DNA of 62,896 bases, the filler included, from Trichosphaerium sp. ATCC 40318 (lineage: Eukaryota; Protista; Tubulinea), in the NCBI GenBank assembly GCA_038496445.1. It is 3 parts of 3 records of this genome, joined end to end, with 100 filler letters (N's around TTAATTAATTAA, not from the genome) between each part and the next. Parts side by side here need not be neighbours in the genome. Positions count along the whole stretch, not along the records: positions 26,846 to 50,155 come from JALMLS010000043.1; 2 more parts are not named here. One strand, given 5' to 3'. Each line of letters starts with the position of its first letter. Position 1 is the first letter of the stretch. The notes under the pieces are model-generated. The model made no database searches. It had not been told where the DNA came from and saw nothing but the letters and a program-made list of their open reading frames with translations. Positions 34,879 through 47,956 of this stretch are shown here, piece by piece. The position numbers and the translations under genes are program-made.

Positions 34879-37280
34879 CTAATGTACACATACCATGTCA
34901 TATTGATACTTTGCAAGAGTCTTAATAGCCGATAAGTAAAAACCAATAATGTAAACGGCTTAAAACACGTGACGTACCTTTGATTGGTTAACGGCATATT
35001 GAAAAGCTGCTTTGTCAGCTTCATCATCAACAGTTTCAAGCGCTTGTTCAGGGTTAGACATGAATGTTGTCACAAATTGGGGTTTGTGTAAACAACATGA
35101 ACATGTCAAACTTGTATCTATTTTCAGAAAACTGGCATTTGAGACTTTCACTTTCGCATCAATCAAGTAAGTGTCATTGTCGGACATAAAAGCCTCATCA
35201 CTACAATCACTATCTGTCAAGTTTTCTTTGTCACCGTCATATTCATCTCTGGTAGAGTTTTTTTGTAGCACGCTAAGCAAAGCTATTTCTTGTCTACGCT
35301 CTCTTCTAAAAATAGCAATGCGTTGTTGATGCTTGTACAAAATGCCATGTGCATACCATCCTTGTACATGCCCAATTGCTTTTGAACCTATGTGAATACA
35401 AGTGTTAATAACTATAACATAGAAGAGCTCGCATACAATTTGCAAATTCACTTTGATACTTAGTTTGTATCTCCACATCTGTTTTAGTAACATGTAAAGG
35501 TAAGATGGTGTACGTTTTGCCTTTGAATCTATCAGTAGGGTGTTCAGCTTGCAGTTCGATGGACTTTTTTATGTATTTTACTTGTCTGCTATAATGTGTT
35601 TTGTGCTTGCTTAAGCGGATTAACATCCAATCTTTGTACACAATTCTAAATTCAATCAAATGTTGTTTAAAAGAGAATAAAAAAGAAACAAGAACGTACT
35701 CATTGTACAAGACTCCAGGCTTGATGATAACTTTTAAACCGACCATATTATTTCCGTGTAAGGCCCAATGGATTATTAAAAACGCCCAAAGCACATAATC
35801 CATGACAGTCGCACATGAGCAAATCTCCTTCTTGCAAGCAAAATATTCCATCTTTTGGGGTATCACGTGTTGAGTTAAGCTCCAACACGTTCAACAAAAA
35901 ATGTTTATTTGCTTGATAACGAACGGTTGAGGTGTTGAACTCCAATTTGTGCTCGAGAGGCTTCAATCTCGGGTATTCCTTCAAGGTACTGCTCAATTGG
36001 TTTATGAACTTGATTTTGTTTTGGACTGTTTCATCAATCTAATAAAGGATTAAAAAGTGTTTGCAAACGCTTTCAAAAGAACCTTTTTTTGCATTGGAGA
36101 AACCATGCGTCTGAGAACTATTGTCCAAGCGCTTTTTTTGTTTTTATGGTTAGTTATATCCAATTTGTGTCTGACTCCTCCTGCACCATTATTATTGTTG
36201 TGGCTGCCATGAAGCGCCCATATAAAATTGTTGCCTGTTAAAGTGTGCATTTTTTTGGTTCCTGTAATAGACTTATCTTCAGCAAATGTCAAACAATATC
36301 GATCAGAAAGTACCTTGAATTGTGATCGTTTTTAAATTGCATTTATCAAAATCTTGTAATGTAAACCCAAAACAACTGATGCCGTTTGTTTCATTTACAT
36401 GGCTGTTTGCTCCACCATCAGTGTGAAAGCGAATGCCTTTGCAGCCTGGAATGTATTCCTAGTTTATTGTAACAAGTGTTTGGTAAACTCACGTACTTTT
36501 AAACTGATGGAAAGAGTTCCTTCTTCCTTGAAAGTATTGCTATTTGCATTTTTGCTCATGGCCAAGTGCAATTCAATTAATGGTTTTAAATAAATAATGT
36601 CTTGTTCATCAGTTTCTGAATAATTGTACATATGTTGATTGCCGGCCATTTTGCCAGAAAATGGAACTATCCAAGAAGAGTTGAAGAACCAGCTTCTTTG
36701 TTTTTTGACTTTGTACCCAGTAAACACAGATTTGCCATCTACGGCAAGCAACTAAACGGGACTAAGTGATTTAATAAAAAACCCAAAAGTACATACCTTA
36801 TGACGCAATAAACTAGCATTTTTTGTTGCAAATTTTCTGCAACAATCAAGTAGATGAGATATATTACTACTAGCAGCCATATGATACAAATATATGCCCC
36901 TCACCAAACCGCTGTTTAATTTTTGACATTGAGCCTTTATGATTTGTTTGCCTTTCAATCCCATATTCACGTTTAATCTAACGACAATATTGTCCCTAAA
37001 ATTTGGTCTGTTGTTGTTGAGTGTTGGCATTGTTGTTTCTCGTAACGAAACGGCAGATCCTCGCATTTTTAAATTGGCAACAGCTTTTCGCACAATTGTT
37101 GGAACCAATGATATACTTTTTCCAGGTTTTGTACTATTAGTAGCCATGTGTATCGCTTCATCGTGAATCTGTAATATCGTAAAAAGGCTTTGTCTTTCAG
37201 CCTATTCGTTTTAGTCAAAAACGTGGGCAACAACACCAAAGTACCTGTTTAATAGCGGAGATGTAATTTTGGGATAAATG
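34879..37280 (-). CDS. Transposon-linked AlkB-like 2OG-Fe(II) dioxygenase plus conserved C-terminal domain (family A), multi-exon, 5' end cut by a foldback element
   Basis: ISLK|EYIPGCKGIRFHTDG...GISCFGFTL...FIWAL...GAGGVRHKL...AWTIVLRR; then VGLKVIIK, IKKSIELQ, WYAHGILY, LTCSCCLHKP. Collinear with 45003-47856. Confidence 0.68.
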
Positions 37281-37450
37281 CAGGTCTGAAAATTATCATG
37301 GTATAATACCATATTTTGCAGTATAATTGTGGTTTATGGTACTACCTTGGTATAATCACAAATTATACCATAAAATTATACTGCAAAATATGGTATAGTA
37401 CCGTGATTTTTAGACATATGGTATAAGACTCAATATACCATGTTTTATAC
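37281..37450. repeat. Foldback / TIR-like palindrome
   Basis: CAGGTCTGAAAATTATCATGGTATAATACCATATTTTGCAGTATAATT pairs imperfectly with AATTATACTGCAAAATATGGTATAGTACCGTGATTTTTAGAC; repeated ATGGTA/TACCAT motifs. Confidence 0.7.
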
Positions 37451-37571
37451 TGTATCTATATTCATGGATTTTTATGATGTCAAATATTTTACAATGACTG
37501 TGTCGTGTTTGGTCTTTACTGTAGTATGTAAATAAAAAAAAAACAATTATATGAAGTAGCGTGAATTGCAT

Positions 37572-38735
37572 TTATTGAAACACAAAAAAATTACAACGTA
37601 TGTGGTGTTCATAGCTTAATGCCACTAGTATGAACCTATCCATCGCTTCATTCCATTCAGTAAAGTTAGAGACAGCAAATAAAGGTTCAAAAGTTGTCAG
37701 TGCTGCCATAGTATGGATGCGCGGCTGACAGTAAAGGACATTTGGATAGTACCAATCAGGTATTAACATATCTATTTTGTATTTGAGCCATTCGTAAACA
37801 AAAGGCCACAACTGATGAGTGGCTTGGTGAAGCTCACAAACAGTACAAAGCTGCTGACAACCAAATTCATCCATATTGAGATCTAAACAATGAAATTAAA
37901 GACAAATGGTTAATGTAGTTATCTTGGTACCTTCTTTAGTGTTATCCACATAGTCAAAAAGCTGCTCATCGGATATTTCAAATAAAATATCTTTTGTTTT
38001 CTTGTCGTAAAACTCGAGGTGATCTTCATCTTGAAAGTCAATGGCCATCACTGGAAAGAGTTTGTAACCAACAATAGCTGTTACAGAAACTAACAACAAT
38101 TTTTTGTTGGCCAAAGCATAGGTTGTTTTAGAAGTATAAAGTGTATCTTGAAAATAAAAAGAATTTTCAATCTCATAAGTGGCAGCGTTGGTAGTAAATC
38201 TGACAGTGACAACTTCTTCTTTATCTTCAGTGACTATTTTTCTTGTTCCTTTCAAGAACTGACCTTCTACACTGAAGTGAAAGACATCTCTATATTAAGC
38301 AAGTAATTGTTAAACTATAAAACCATAAACAAAAATTTCGTACTTGTATAACTTTACGCCAACTCTTATGTTCAATAATACTTTGATGCACCGTCCATAG
38401 TCAAAGGTAGCTCGTATTTCTTTGGTTTTTTCCTCATTATTTTTTATCCAAACTCCATGTTTGACCCAACGGCCATGGTGTTTAATAAACAATGGAGCCA
38501 AAAAATACGAACACACCAATGAAAAACAATGATCAAATTCAATGTCACAAAAACCACGAATCTTCTCAAAGATCTCACCAGGAATCATCAACAATTTTGG
38601 TTGATAAGGCTCAGCTACAATTGTAGTCAATAGTTTCTTTTGGGCATCATTTCTATACAAGTGTTAGTAACACAAAAGGTGACAGTTTGTATTTATATTT
38701 ATAAATAACGTACATTGAACTACCATGTTTTGACA
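37572..38735 (-). CDS. F-box-like hypothetical protein, multi-exon
   Basis: LLMIPGEIFEKIRGFC...FSLVCSYF F-box-like motif; consecutive exon-sized ORFs 38310-38660, 37896-38255 and 37572-37874. Confidence 0.5.
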
Positions 38736-38799
38736 TAGCCGCCTTTTCTATCACCTTGCCAATAGTATACCACAAACCTATTGATTCATTAAACTATTA

Positions 38800-39420
38800 A
38801 CTGATAAACATACACGCACTGAGAGGTGGAGGATATAATGGTGTCCGTGACAAAAGATCAAAAAGACACCAAGATTCAGTAAGATTGACTTTAAGAATTA
38901 CTATTTTCACAATTTTACTTCTCGTCATCTACATTTATAAGCTGATAGGTTGGTTTGCAAACAAAAAAGAGCGTACTGTTTCAGGTAAAGTAAGTTCAGC
39001 ATCCATGATAACAGCATCAACAACACGTGACTGTTTGTCATTGCTGAATTGATAAAAGTCAGAGTATATTGTTCTTGAACCATGAATTTCTCTTCCGGCA
39101 ACAGTACACACAGCATCACGAGATTTGTGAAACTGCAGTAGTGTATCCACAGGTTCATCAATAGGTAGAGCATCTTCATAAGTACTAGAAGATGTTAGCA
39201 GAGAAAACGAACCCAAAATTGCTAAAGTACTTGTGCTGAAATTGTCCTGTAGATATGACATGAATGTAAATGGAGCCAGGATTGATGCTTGTCACAGTCT
39301 GCAAGTGCTTACCAAAGTAATTACACAAAACAGTACTGTGTTGTGTCAAATCAGAGCGTGTGAAAGGTTCAACTGCTGAGAGCACTATTACTTTCATTTT
39401 TCTATCCATCTTTGGGCGTC
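38800..39420 (-). CDS. Hypothetical multi-exon protein
   Basis: Exon-like ORFs MDRKMKVIVLSAVEPF... and SYLQDNFSTST...VDAVIMDAELTL; no confident family. Confidence 0.35.
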
Positions 39421-39690
39421 TTGCAAGCCAATAATCTAAAATACAGAGATAAATGTTCTGAATGGCTTAAAACACTATAAAACTGACCGCGTACTTGTTA
39501 TTTGGGCGTTTACAAGTAAAATACCTAAAATAAAAAGTTAAATGGCCTAAACGGCGTAAAGTGCTATAAAACTGTGCATACACCTAAGATTATTGTTATT
39601 TGGGCGTTTATAAGTAAACGCCTTAAAATAACAATTTAAATGACCTAAAAGGGCGTAAACCAAGAACACATACCTAAAGCAGGCGTCTAT
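39410..39690. repeat. About three diverged ~85-100 bp tandem repeats
   Basis: Recurring TTGGGCGTTTA(C/T)AAGTAAA..CTAAAATA...AAATG(G/A)CCTAAA..GGCGTAAA core. Confidence 0.55.
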
Positions 39691-39849
39691 GATGGTGAAT
39701 AGTGAAAACAAAAAACCCACAGTCAAAAGAGTTAAAAACGGCAAGTTTTTATAATTATATTTATTTGACAGGACAGTTTTCTATTAACCACATGTACCTT
39801 CTACCATGAAAATTAAATCTGTGAGTGCAAGTGAGTATACAACACTGCC

Positions 39850-42000
39850 AGCGCAAGGTTCCAACCTAAAACAAGCAATGTTAGGACAATGTCAGTAAAG
39901 AGTAACAATGAGTTAAAAAAATAAAGTAAGTCACCAGTCGTAGTGTGTAGATTGACCATTGCCTCACAAATAGCGTTTTGGTTCTTTTCTGCTACTCGCT
40001 GAGCAATGACAAATGGTTGTATTGGAAGAGGTGTTGTAGTCGTAGGAGCCTCTGTAGTTGGCGCTTCTGTGGTTGGAGTTTTGTAGTTGAATGCTTCTGT
40101 CATTGCGTTGTTGGCGCTACAGTTGTAGGTGCTTCAGTTGTTGGAGCCTCCATCGTTGGTGCATCAGTTGTAGGCGTATCTGTAGTAGGTGCTATAGTGG
40201 TAGAAGCCTCAGTTGTTGGCACATCCGTGGTAGGAGCTTCAGCGTTGGGCTTGAGTGGTCGGTGCATATGTAGGCGCTACAGTGGTAAGAGCCTTTGTAG
40301 TAGGTGTCGTAGTCATCAGAGCTTCTGTGGTGCTGTAGTTGTTGGAGCTTCAGTGGTAGGAGCCTTTGTTGTAGGCGCATTTGTAATTGCTGCCTCAGTC
40401 GTAGATGCCTCTGTAGTTGGTGCCTCAGTCGCGGAAACCTCCATAGTAGGCGCAATAGTAGGTGTTACAGTGGTAGGAGCCTTAGTTGTTGGCACATCCG
40501 TGGTAGGAGCTTCAGTAGTAGGTCCTCAGTCGTTGGCGCTTTTGTGGTTGAAGCATCCGTTGTGGAGCGTCTGTGGTTGGTGCTTCAGTGGTAGGTGTCT
40601 CAGTTGTTGGAACTTTGGTGGTTGGTGCATTTGTAGTTGGTGCCTCTGTAGTTGGCACTTTTGTGGTTGGAGCCATGACGTTCTACCTTACTTGAGTGAA
40701 AAAAGAATTTGAAAAAAAAAGTTTTAATTTTAAATTCTCGTACCACGGTGCGTTGTAATTGTCAAGCCAGCGACTATCCTGGTCATCAATCTCATACTCA
40801 ATGCCTTTGCTAGTGAAATCAACCTCACCAGGTGCTTTGTCTAGGTAAAAGGTGTCAACACCCACTGAAAAAAAACAATTATTCTCTTACCTCATCTGTT
40901 GTAGGCAGTTGGCGCATCTGTTGTAGGTATATCTGTTGTTGGAGTGTCAGTCGTTGATGCATCGGTGGTAGGCAGTTGGTGCATCTATTTGTAGTTGGAA
41001 CGTCAGTCGTTGGTGCATTTGTAGTAGGCAGTTGGTGATCAATGTTCTTTTACCTTGGTCCCTTCGTCTTTTGGTGCGTCTGTGTTGGTTTCCCATAGAA
41101 GTTGAGCTGGTGGCATTGAAGCTTTCATAGACATTGATACGACAAGGTGCAGCACCGCCAGCACAAGGTTCCAACCTAAAACAAGCAGATGTTAGGACAC
41201 AATGTCAGTAAAGAGTAGCAATGAGTAAAAAAAATAAAGTAAGTCACCAGAGAAAACAAAGCAGAATTTCCACGATCACTTGGTGTAGTCTGTTGTTGGA
41301 GCATCAGTCGTGGGAGCCTCTGTAGTTGGTGTCGTAGTCGTCAGAGCTTCTGTGGTTGGACCTCTGTAGTTGGTGCTGTAGTTGTCGGAGCTTCAGTGGT
41401 AAGAGCTTCAGTTGTTGGGGCTTCAGTGGTCGGTGCATCTGTAGTTGGAGCTCTGTAGTTGGTGCATCTACAAAGAAAGTTAGTTGCTTTAAAAAGTAAA
41501 ATACAAAGTACCAGTTGTTGGCGCTACAGTTGTAGTGCTTCAGTTGTTGGGGCTTATGTTGTTGGAGCATCTGTCATTGGTGCATCAGTTATAGGCGTGT
41601 CTGTAGTAGGCTACAGTGGTAGGAGCCTCAGTTGTTGGCGCATTTGTGGTAGGAGCTTCAGTCGTAGGAGCTCCTGTAGTTGGAGCCTCGGTCGTGAGAA
41701 CCTCCATAGTAGGCGCTTCAGTAGTAGGTGCTACAGTTGTAGGAGCCTCAATGGTAGGTGCCTCAGTGGTAGGTGCCTCAATAGTAGGGGCTTCAGTAGT
41801 TGGCGCATCTGTGGTTGAAGCATCTGCTGTGGAGCGTTTGTGGTTGGCGCTACAGTAGTTGGTGCATTTGTAGTAGGCGTTACAGTGGTAGGACCTCTGT
41901 TGTTGGTGCCTTTGTAGTAGGTGCTACAGAGGTAAGAGCCTTCGTAGTTGGAGTTTCTGTAGTTGGCACTTTTGTGGTTGGAGCCATGACGTTCTACAAA
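39850..42000 (-). repeat. Mucin-like 15-bp (TEAPT) coding minisatellite in two tandemly duplicated ~1.3-kb blocks, frameshifted
   Basis: GTAGGAGCYTCAGTN-type units. Block ends are duplicated (39851-39940 similar to 41160-41250; 40600-40687 similar to 41910-41997). Confidence 0.8.
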
Positions 42001-42099
42001 ACTGGTAATGCTGGTAAACCGCTTGCTGTATTTTAAAAGTGAGTTCATAATCATGAAGTGAAATTGATACGTACAAGGAGATGTAGTATGAACACGTCA

Positions 42100-44640
42100 T
42101 GCTTGTGATGTAATGGTACATCTCTACGAACACCCTTCTTAATAGGTATATCTCTATGTACACTTTGACTAGGCTTTGGTGGAGGCGTCGATGCTCTTTG
42201 CAGTTGAAAACCGCTATCAACTACAGGAGTTTGCTTCTACTTTGGGAACATGTTTTGCTTCTTCTAGTCGTCAGCTGAGGAAGTACACGCTGGTGCAGGT
42301 CTTTCATGAGGTGCTAATGTGTACTTTTGAGTCCAATATGTAATGGGGGTGGCATGATACAACAGGTTCTTTCTTTGGAGTTGGTTGTAACTTCATTTCC
42401 AATGACCCAGCTGACCCATTAACTTTTGGTTCAGTAGAACACGCATGAAGCAGTGTTTGGCCCTAGCCAGAGTAAGATCAGTTGTATCGAAGAACAAAAA
42501 ACACAACAAAACAGCAGAATAAAATATGCGTATAAACGTACATCTTTCCTCGCTGCTTTGCAATCAGTAGCATTCCCAGTAACAGTAGCAACGTGCAATG
42601 ACGACATGCCCTAAACCAAAAATAAGCACTATGCGTCTACACTATCTTAATCTACACTTACCGTATTATCGAGAACATCTGTAGCACCATACACTAGTAA
42701 TTCATTGACTATAACCTAAACAGAGGGGTAAGTTGTCAGTACTATAAACTCAAGTGCGTAAACGCTGTAATGGTATCTACAGCTTGAATAATCTCAAAAA
42801 TTACAAGTAGTAATTCGCACCAAATGTTGCTTTTGACACACAATACAGTCCAACCCTACATTATCAACCGTTAGCAAAATTATTACAAAGGAACCAAACC
42901 AAAAAAGTAAAAAAGTAATTGGTGCGATTTCTCATCACTGTTGAAGCTACATACGTCCTTATCTTGCCATTGATATCAACACCTTGCAATAAAACCACTT
43001 TAACTGATTCAACGTTACCACTCAATACTGCAAAGTACAATTTACGCCAAACCTTTACACGAAAAAAAAAAGTGAGACACACATTAATAATTCGGAACTT
43101 CTCAAGCTGATGGATATAACCCATTGAAAGAGATCCGTACCGCTTCTGTAGGTGCAAGGCCGTTTTCTTCAACTAAATTAAAAGGTTAACAATGCTCACA
43201 TACCAGAGTATTCAAAACAGTACCACAGTACTAAAGCAAAGGTAGTGATGTTGGAAACTTTGTACAGCAAAAAAACAGAGGTACCTCATTAAAAATGCCA
43301 CAAAAAAACCTAAAGGTATGACCCATGATTTACATCGGCCTTGAAGGTACACTGTTAGAAGCGCCAAACGCCACATAGGGTTTTTTTTACTGAAAACGTA
43401 CCAAATGATTCAAAGTATACAGAACCCACTGATGACCTTTTATAGTATTATTATGGCGTATATACGCTGTTTAAGGCTTACCAGAAAAATTTCAAGCTGT
43501 AAGCATAACGCGTGAACGAAAATACGCCTACCGTATGTAGTACTTGAGGTGTACTTGTCTTCCTAGCAAGAACTTCGAAGTACCATTCAATACCGTTATA
43601 CAGTTGCAAAACCCAATGACTTCCCATCTTAACAAAAAGAGTAAGAACGCTGTTGAACAACACGTGTATTCACACGTTATGTGGTTTAAGAGCAATATAG
43701 CTACTGTACCTTGTGGATCGAAAATAGGCACAAAAAAGGTAGATACTTGTGTAACGGCAGCCTCAGTGCCTGTAAGAGGTACTAGAGCGTGTGAGAAGAT
43801 AATAAAATGCGTGTATTCTTTTTGAAAAAAGATGTGGAAAATACTTACCTTTATGGAATTGTGAAACCGTTTCGCGTGGATAAGAAGTATACATCATCTC
43901 CAACGATTATTGGCGAAGAATCACTTGATCCATTATTAAACATCAAATCAACACCTCCTTCTCTACCGGGTACTTTCTCAGTAATTAGTATCATATCATA
44001 GAGCGCCTGCCATTTTGAACTTCTGTGCTCGCACGCCTAAATTTGTAAGCTATTGATAGTTGGCTTACTATCGCTTTTGACGCACTGTGACGATGTCAGG
44101 AGACCCAACGCGCCCGAACCATTTGGACGCTTCAAACGAATATTTGCACCCGTACAGTTCACCCTAGTTGCTGAATAGCGCTTCTTGCGATAGTTTGCTT
44201 CTTGGAGAACCAGAATGCGGGGAAATATTGGGCTTAACCACTTGACGACGTTACCTAATGAGCGTAAGGGATATTATCCTGTTAAATAATTAATTATTTG
44301 TCCAGACACGCTTTAAAGTTGCGCACCTGTGTAAAATAGCCTTGCACGTACATAAGGTAGTTTAGTGTTAGTTTTAAAGACATTTTGTTAAAATATATTT
44401 ACTTGATTATTCCGTAGCACGGGTATAATATCGCAAGTACTTAATAATGTGAGGGCGTACCTTTGGGGATCCTTTAGTTGTGTTAAGAAAGTGGTAGAAA
44501 ATCTTCCTTAACGCAAATACAGCTGAACACAGCTTGAGGTACGTGCAACCAGTTTTATTTGATGAATACCACCTAAAATCTCATTAGCGTTACTTGGTAA
44601 ATTATAAACCAAAGCAAGGTAAAGGTACGCATTATGGTTA
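42100..44640 (-). pseudogene. Multi-exon ankyrin-repeat gene, possibly continuing into the mucin repeats and possibly degenerate
   Basis: LYFAVLSGNVESVKVVLLQGVDING and GMSSLHVATVTGN ankyrin-like segments; upstream exon-like frames could not be assembled with confidence. Confidence 0.45.
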
Positions 44641-45002
44641 TGTAGGCCTTTTAACTCAAGTTCTAAGAGTTTTTTTGTGTGCGCAATTTTCCTCCAACTG
44701 GAGGTTTTTGTTCAATTTTGCCCGCAAGTGACTTGGCGCCAATGTGGTTTTTGCGCGTAGTCAGGACCATTGCGAGGCCTTAGCGCAAAAACTCTCCCAA
44801 TATTATTTTTTTTTTTTGAATAGTTCCAAAAAGTACTTAAACGTACACTCCACCTAAAAAAAAGAGATTTTAGCCATTCGCGTTATCTCTGATATTTTTT
44901 TTTCAAATTATTTGGTTTTTTTTGATTTTTCCTGCATTGCCGCGCGTTTTTAAATTTGCTTTATTTAGACTTAACAGCTGAGTAGGTAACAACGCTTAGC
45001 TT

Positions 45003-47856
45003 ATGTTGTCCGCACGAAATACATCTAAGAGGTATACAGAGGGTTTTTTTTATTGTGACTAAACCACAGCGTAGAAAGCGAAGTTTATCCAACTCCTTCA
45101 AAGCAACATCAAAAAAACCACGTATACAGGACTTGAAGGTAACATGCCATGTGAATGACATAAGCTGTAAGGTACAATTGTTTCATTGTGTAACGCTCAA
45201 ATCTTAATTACTCTCCTAGACACCAAATGCAAATGAACACGATGAACTTAAGCTGCAAAGAGAGAAGATAAAAGACGCTGTTATTGGTCTCAAAAGTCTG
45301 TTAGAACTTACAGTGGAAAATGGAGGAGGAACAATATTGGAGGAGCCGTGGGCTAAAGAATGTAATTTACATGCAACGCTTATGTCTAAGACACATACAA
45401 AGTGGATAGTGCAAAGCGTTTTGCCAGCAAATGTAAGATCTCCAACGGCAAACACATACAAAGAGCTTAATAAGGTACAGTCTCTTAGTATTAGACATTT
45501 CTCATTTTTTTCCAATACAGATAAAACGTAAAGGAGAGAAGCATAATATATCTAGTGCTGCCTTGGTACGTATGGCTTTGAAAGTACGAAAAAAAAGACA
45601 ACAAGGTACACTAACATCAACAACCAACAACTTATTGTTGCAACAGCGAAAAAAAGGCGTTCTGTTGTTCCTTATGGCACTTTACAACCAAGTATTATGC
45701 CACAAGATGTAGTCATGGCCTTTAATTACCTTAAATGCGATGAAATGCCTACTGTAAACCACTTTAAAAAAGGTACGAGTTGAACAAATATAAAATGTTT
45801 GTCTTCTAATTTATTTTACAAGACAATAATAAAAAAACTGATGAAGACACTGAAGATGTTGTAGTCACAAATGTTTCCAATTCTACAAAGCTGAATATCA
45901 ATTGGCAAGGATCTGTGTCAAAATTGTGGCTTACAACATACACTTTGCCGGATGAATTGCTTATTGTGTGCAGAAAGTTTGCTGAGAAGTCAAAAAATGA
46001 TCTCAAACACACTGTACGTAACCATCGTCAGAACCAACATTTTTACTTTGTTAGTTTTGGTCTAAGCCCGGTGATTTGTGGGAAGCAAACATTATGAGAA
46101 GATATAAAACTCAAAATTATGGTAAAGTAGTTTGTGTGACACCGTATTCCGGTAAGTAACTTACTTGGTTGGTATCGTGATTGACACAAACCATAAAGAT
46201 AAGTTTTGTGGAAACTCTGAGATTAAAATACCCATTCAACTGGATAAAGCTAAGTGGGATCAATTGCTGCCTATTATAGATGCCCATCACAAAATTACAA
46301 CCAACGCAAAAGCACTAAATGAAAGTGAAATAGCAGACATGGTTATAGAGTTAAAGGTGGGTTTAACGTATATCGTGTACAACGGTTAAATATAACTATT
46401 TATAGGAGTGGCCTACAGGTAAATCAGGCCTAAGAATGCACACAGATGGAGACAAAGGACAATTACATAGCCGCACTGGTATAACATGTTTTGGCTTTGC
46501 TTTGAAGGATGGAGGAAAAAAACCTATCAAAAACATCATCATACAAACAAGCACGTCAAATACAACCTATTTTATAAGAAATTAATGTATTTATTTAGAT
46601 GGTGGAAAGCTTAAAGTCAGCGAGACTAATTTTGTGTGGGCTTTAAGCAACATTGAGTTGGCAACTGGTGTACAAGATGATGGCAACGGATTTGGTCCAG
46701 GGGTTGTGCGACATTCCGTTGAAGTTATGGTCCCTAAAGGAGTTCGTTATTTTTCTTTGATAGTCAGACAGTTTATTCGAAAACTGCCCAAAATAACTGA
46801 TCTTGCTATCACAAAACAAAAGCGTTTGGTAGGATTATCTTCAAAATCTTATGCCACACACACATTAATGAAACACTCTTTATTTGTGTGTCCAAGCAAT
46901 CAACGATACAAAGCCAACAACCATTTCCTTTTATCCTCTCCGTATAAACTACCACAAGATGATGATAAAGAAACAATTATACACCCTGGAACTCTTTTAA
47001 TTTACAATCTACCTGGGTGCGTTTTTATTACTAATCACAAAGTTGTTTTAATATCTCTTCAAGTTTGTATGAAATGGGTTTGATTGCTTCTTATCAAAAA
47101 ACCTTTCAAGGACATACAGGAGTAGGTTTAAAAGTGGTGGTTAAAAAAGAATGTGTTGCCAAAGAGTACGTCAAGATTTTTCAGTTATGTTACATTAATT
47201 TTATTTGCAGATATTTTTCAGGCGAGTGGGCAGTTGTATATTCTACTGCAACTGAAATATCTCAAGATAGAGTTGAAGAGCTTATTAAAAAGTCACTACA
47301 GTTACAGCGAGAAAATGACAATGAAGATAAAGGCTGCACTTTTTTTATAACTCCTTGCACTTTATTGAAACATCAGGCTGATGTTGCCTATAATACACTT
47401 GGTTGTAAGAACGTGACATAGGTTTCCATTCTATTAACATTGTATCATAGGCAGCCGACAACTTGGCATTGTGTCAAGGTGGTATGTTCATGGCTTTCTT
47501 TATTATGGTAATCAGCCAGTTGTGGTTTTTAGAACGATCAAACGACTAGAAAATAACCTCTCTCTTCTCCTTAACTGTAAGTGTTGCAAACAGCGTCCGT
47601 TATTCTTGAACATCTTCAGTGATAAACCTTCTACCAAAAAGATGTCTGATGGAGAAATAATAAGTAAAGAAAGCTGTCATTGGAACACGATCAAACAATT
47701 AAATGGTATCATTTTTTTTGCAACTTTTTTTCTAATGCTTCTTTTACTACAGTATTACCAACACTAGTAAATCGTTTTGCCTACACAGGAAAGCTATCCA
47801 AAGAAGACAAGCGAAAATGTGACTGTACGTTGGTTGTAAAAGTATTAAACGTCTAA
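45003..47856 (+). CDS. Transposon-linked AlkB-like 2OG-Fe(II) dioxygenase plus conserved C-terminal domain (family B), multi-exon
   Basis: IELK|EWPTGKSGLRMHTDG (HTD at 46439-46447)...GITCFGFAL...FVWAL...GPGVVRHSV...RYFSLIVRQF; VGLKVVVK, IKKSLQLQ, WYVHGFLY, LNCKCCKQRP. Confidence 0.68.
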
Positions 47857-47956
47857 ATTGTTCATAGGTTTAGATAAATTGTGTAGGAAACAATAAATAA
47901 ATTTATGCTCATTAAGTGGAGTTTTTTTTCTTAATTGTAATTAACAACAAGCAACA

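Noticed and set aside
36100-36460. Calling the cargo enzyme TET/JBP
   Set aside because: It lacks the HxDxxN and Rx5-aromatic signature. The pattern (Y..G.GI..HxD, terminal Arg) is closer to AlkB, so the family is left unassigned.
38935-39261. Possible Ulp1-like protease fragment (VVDAVIMD)
   Set aside because: No catalytic His/Asp/Cys motifs (HW, QxNxxDCG) were found.
39978-41858. Plus-strand VVGAS repeat ORFs
   Set aside because: Antisense reading of TEAPT mucin repeats; the flanking splice signals are on the minus strand.
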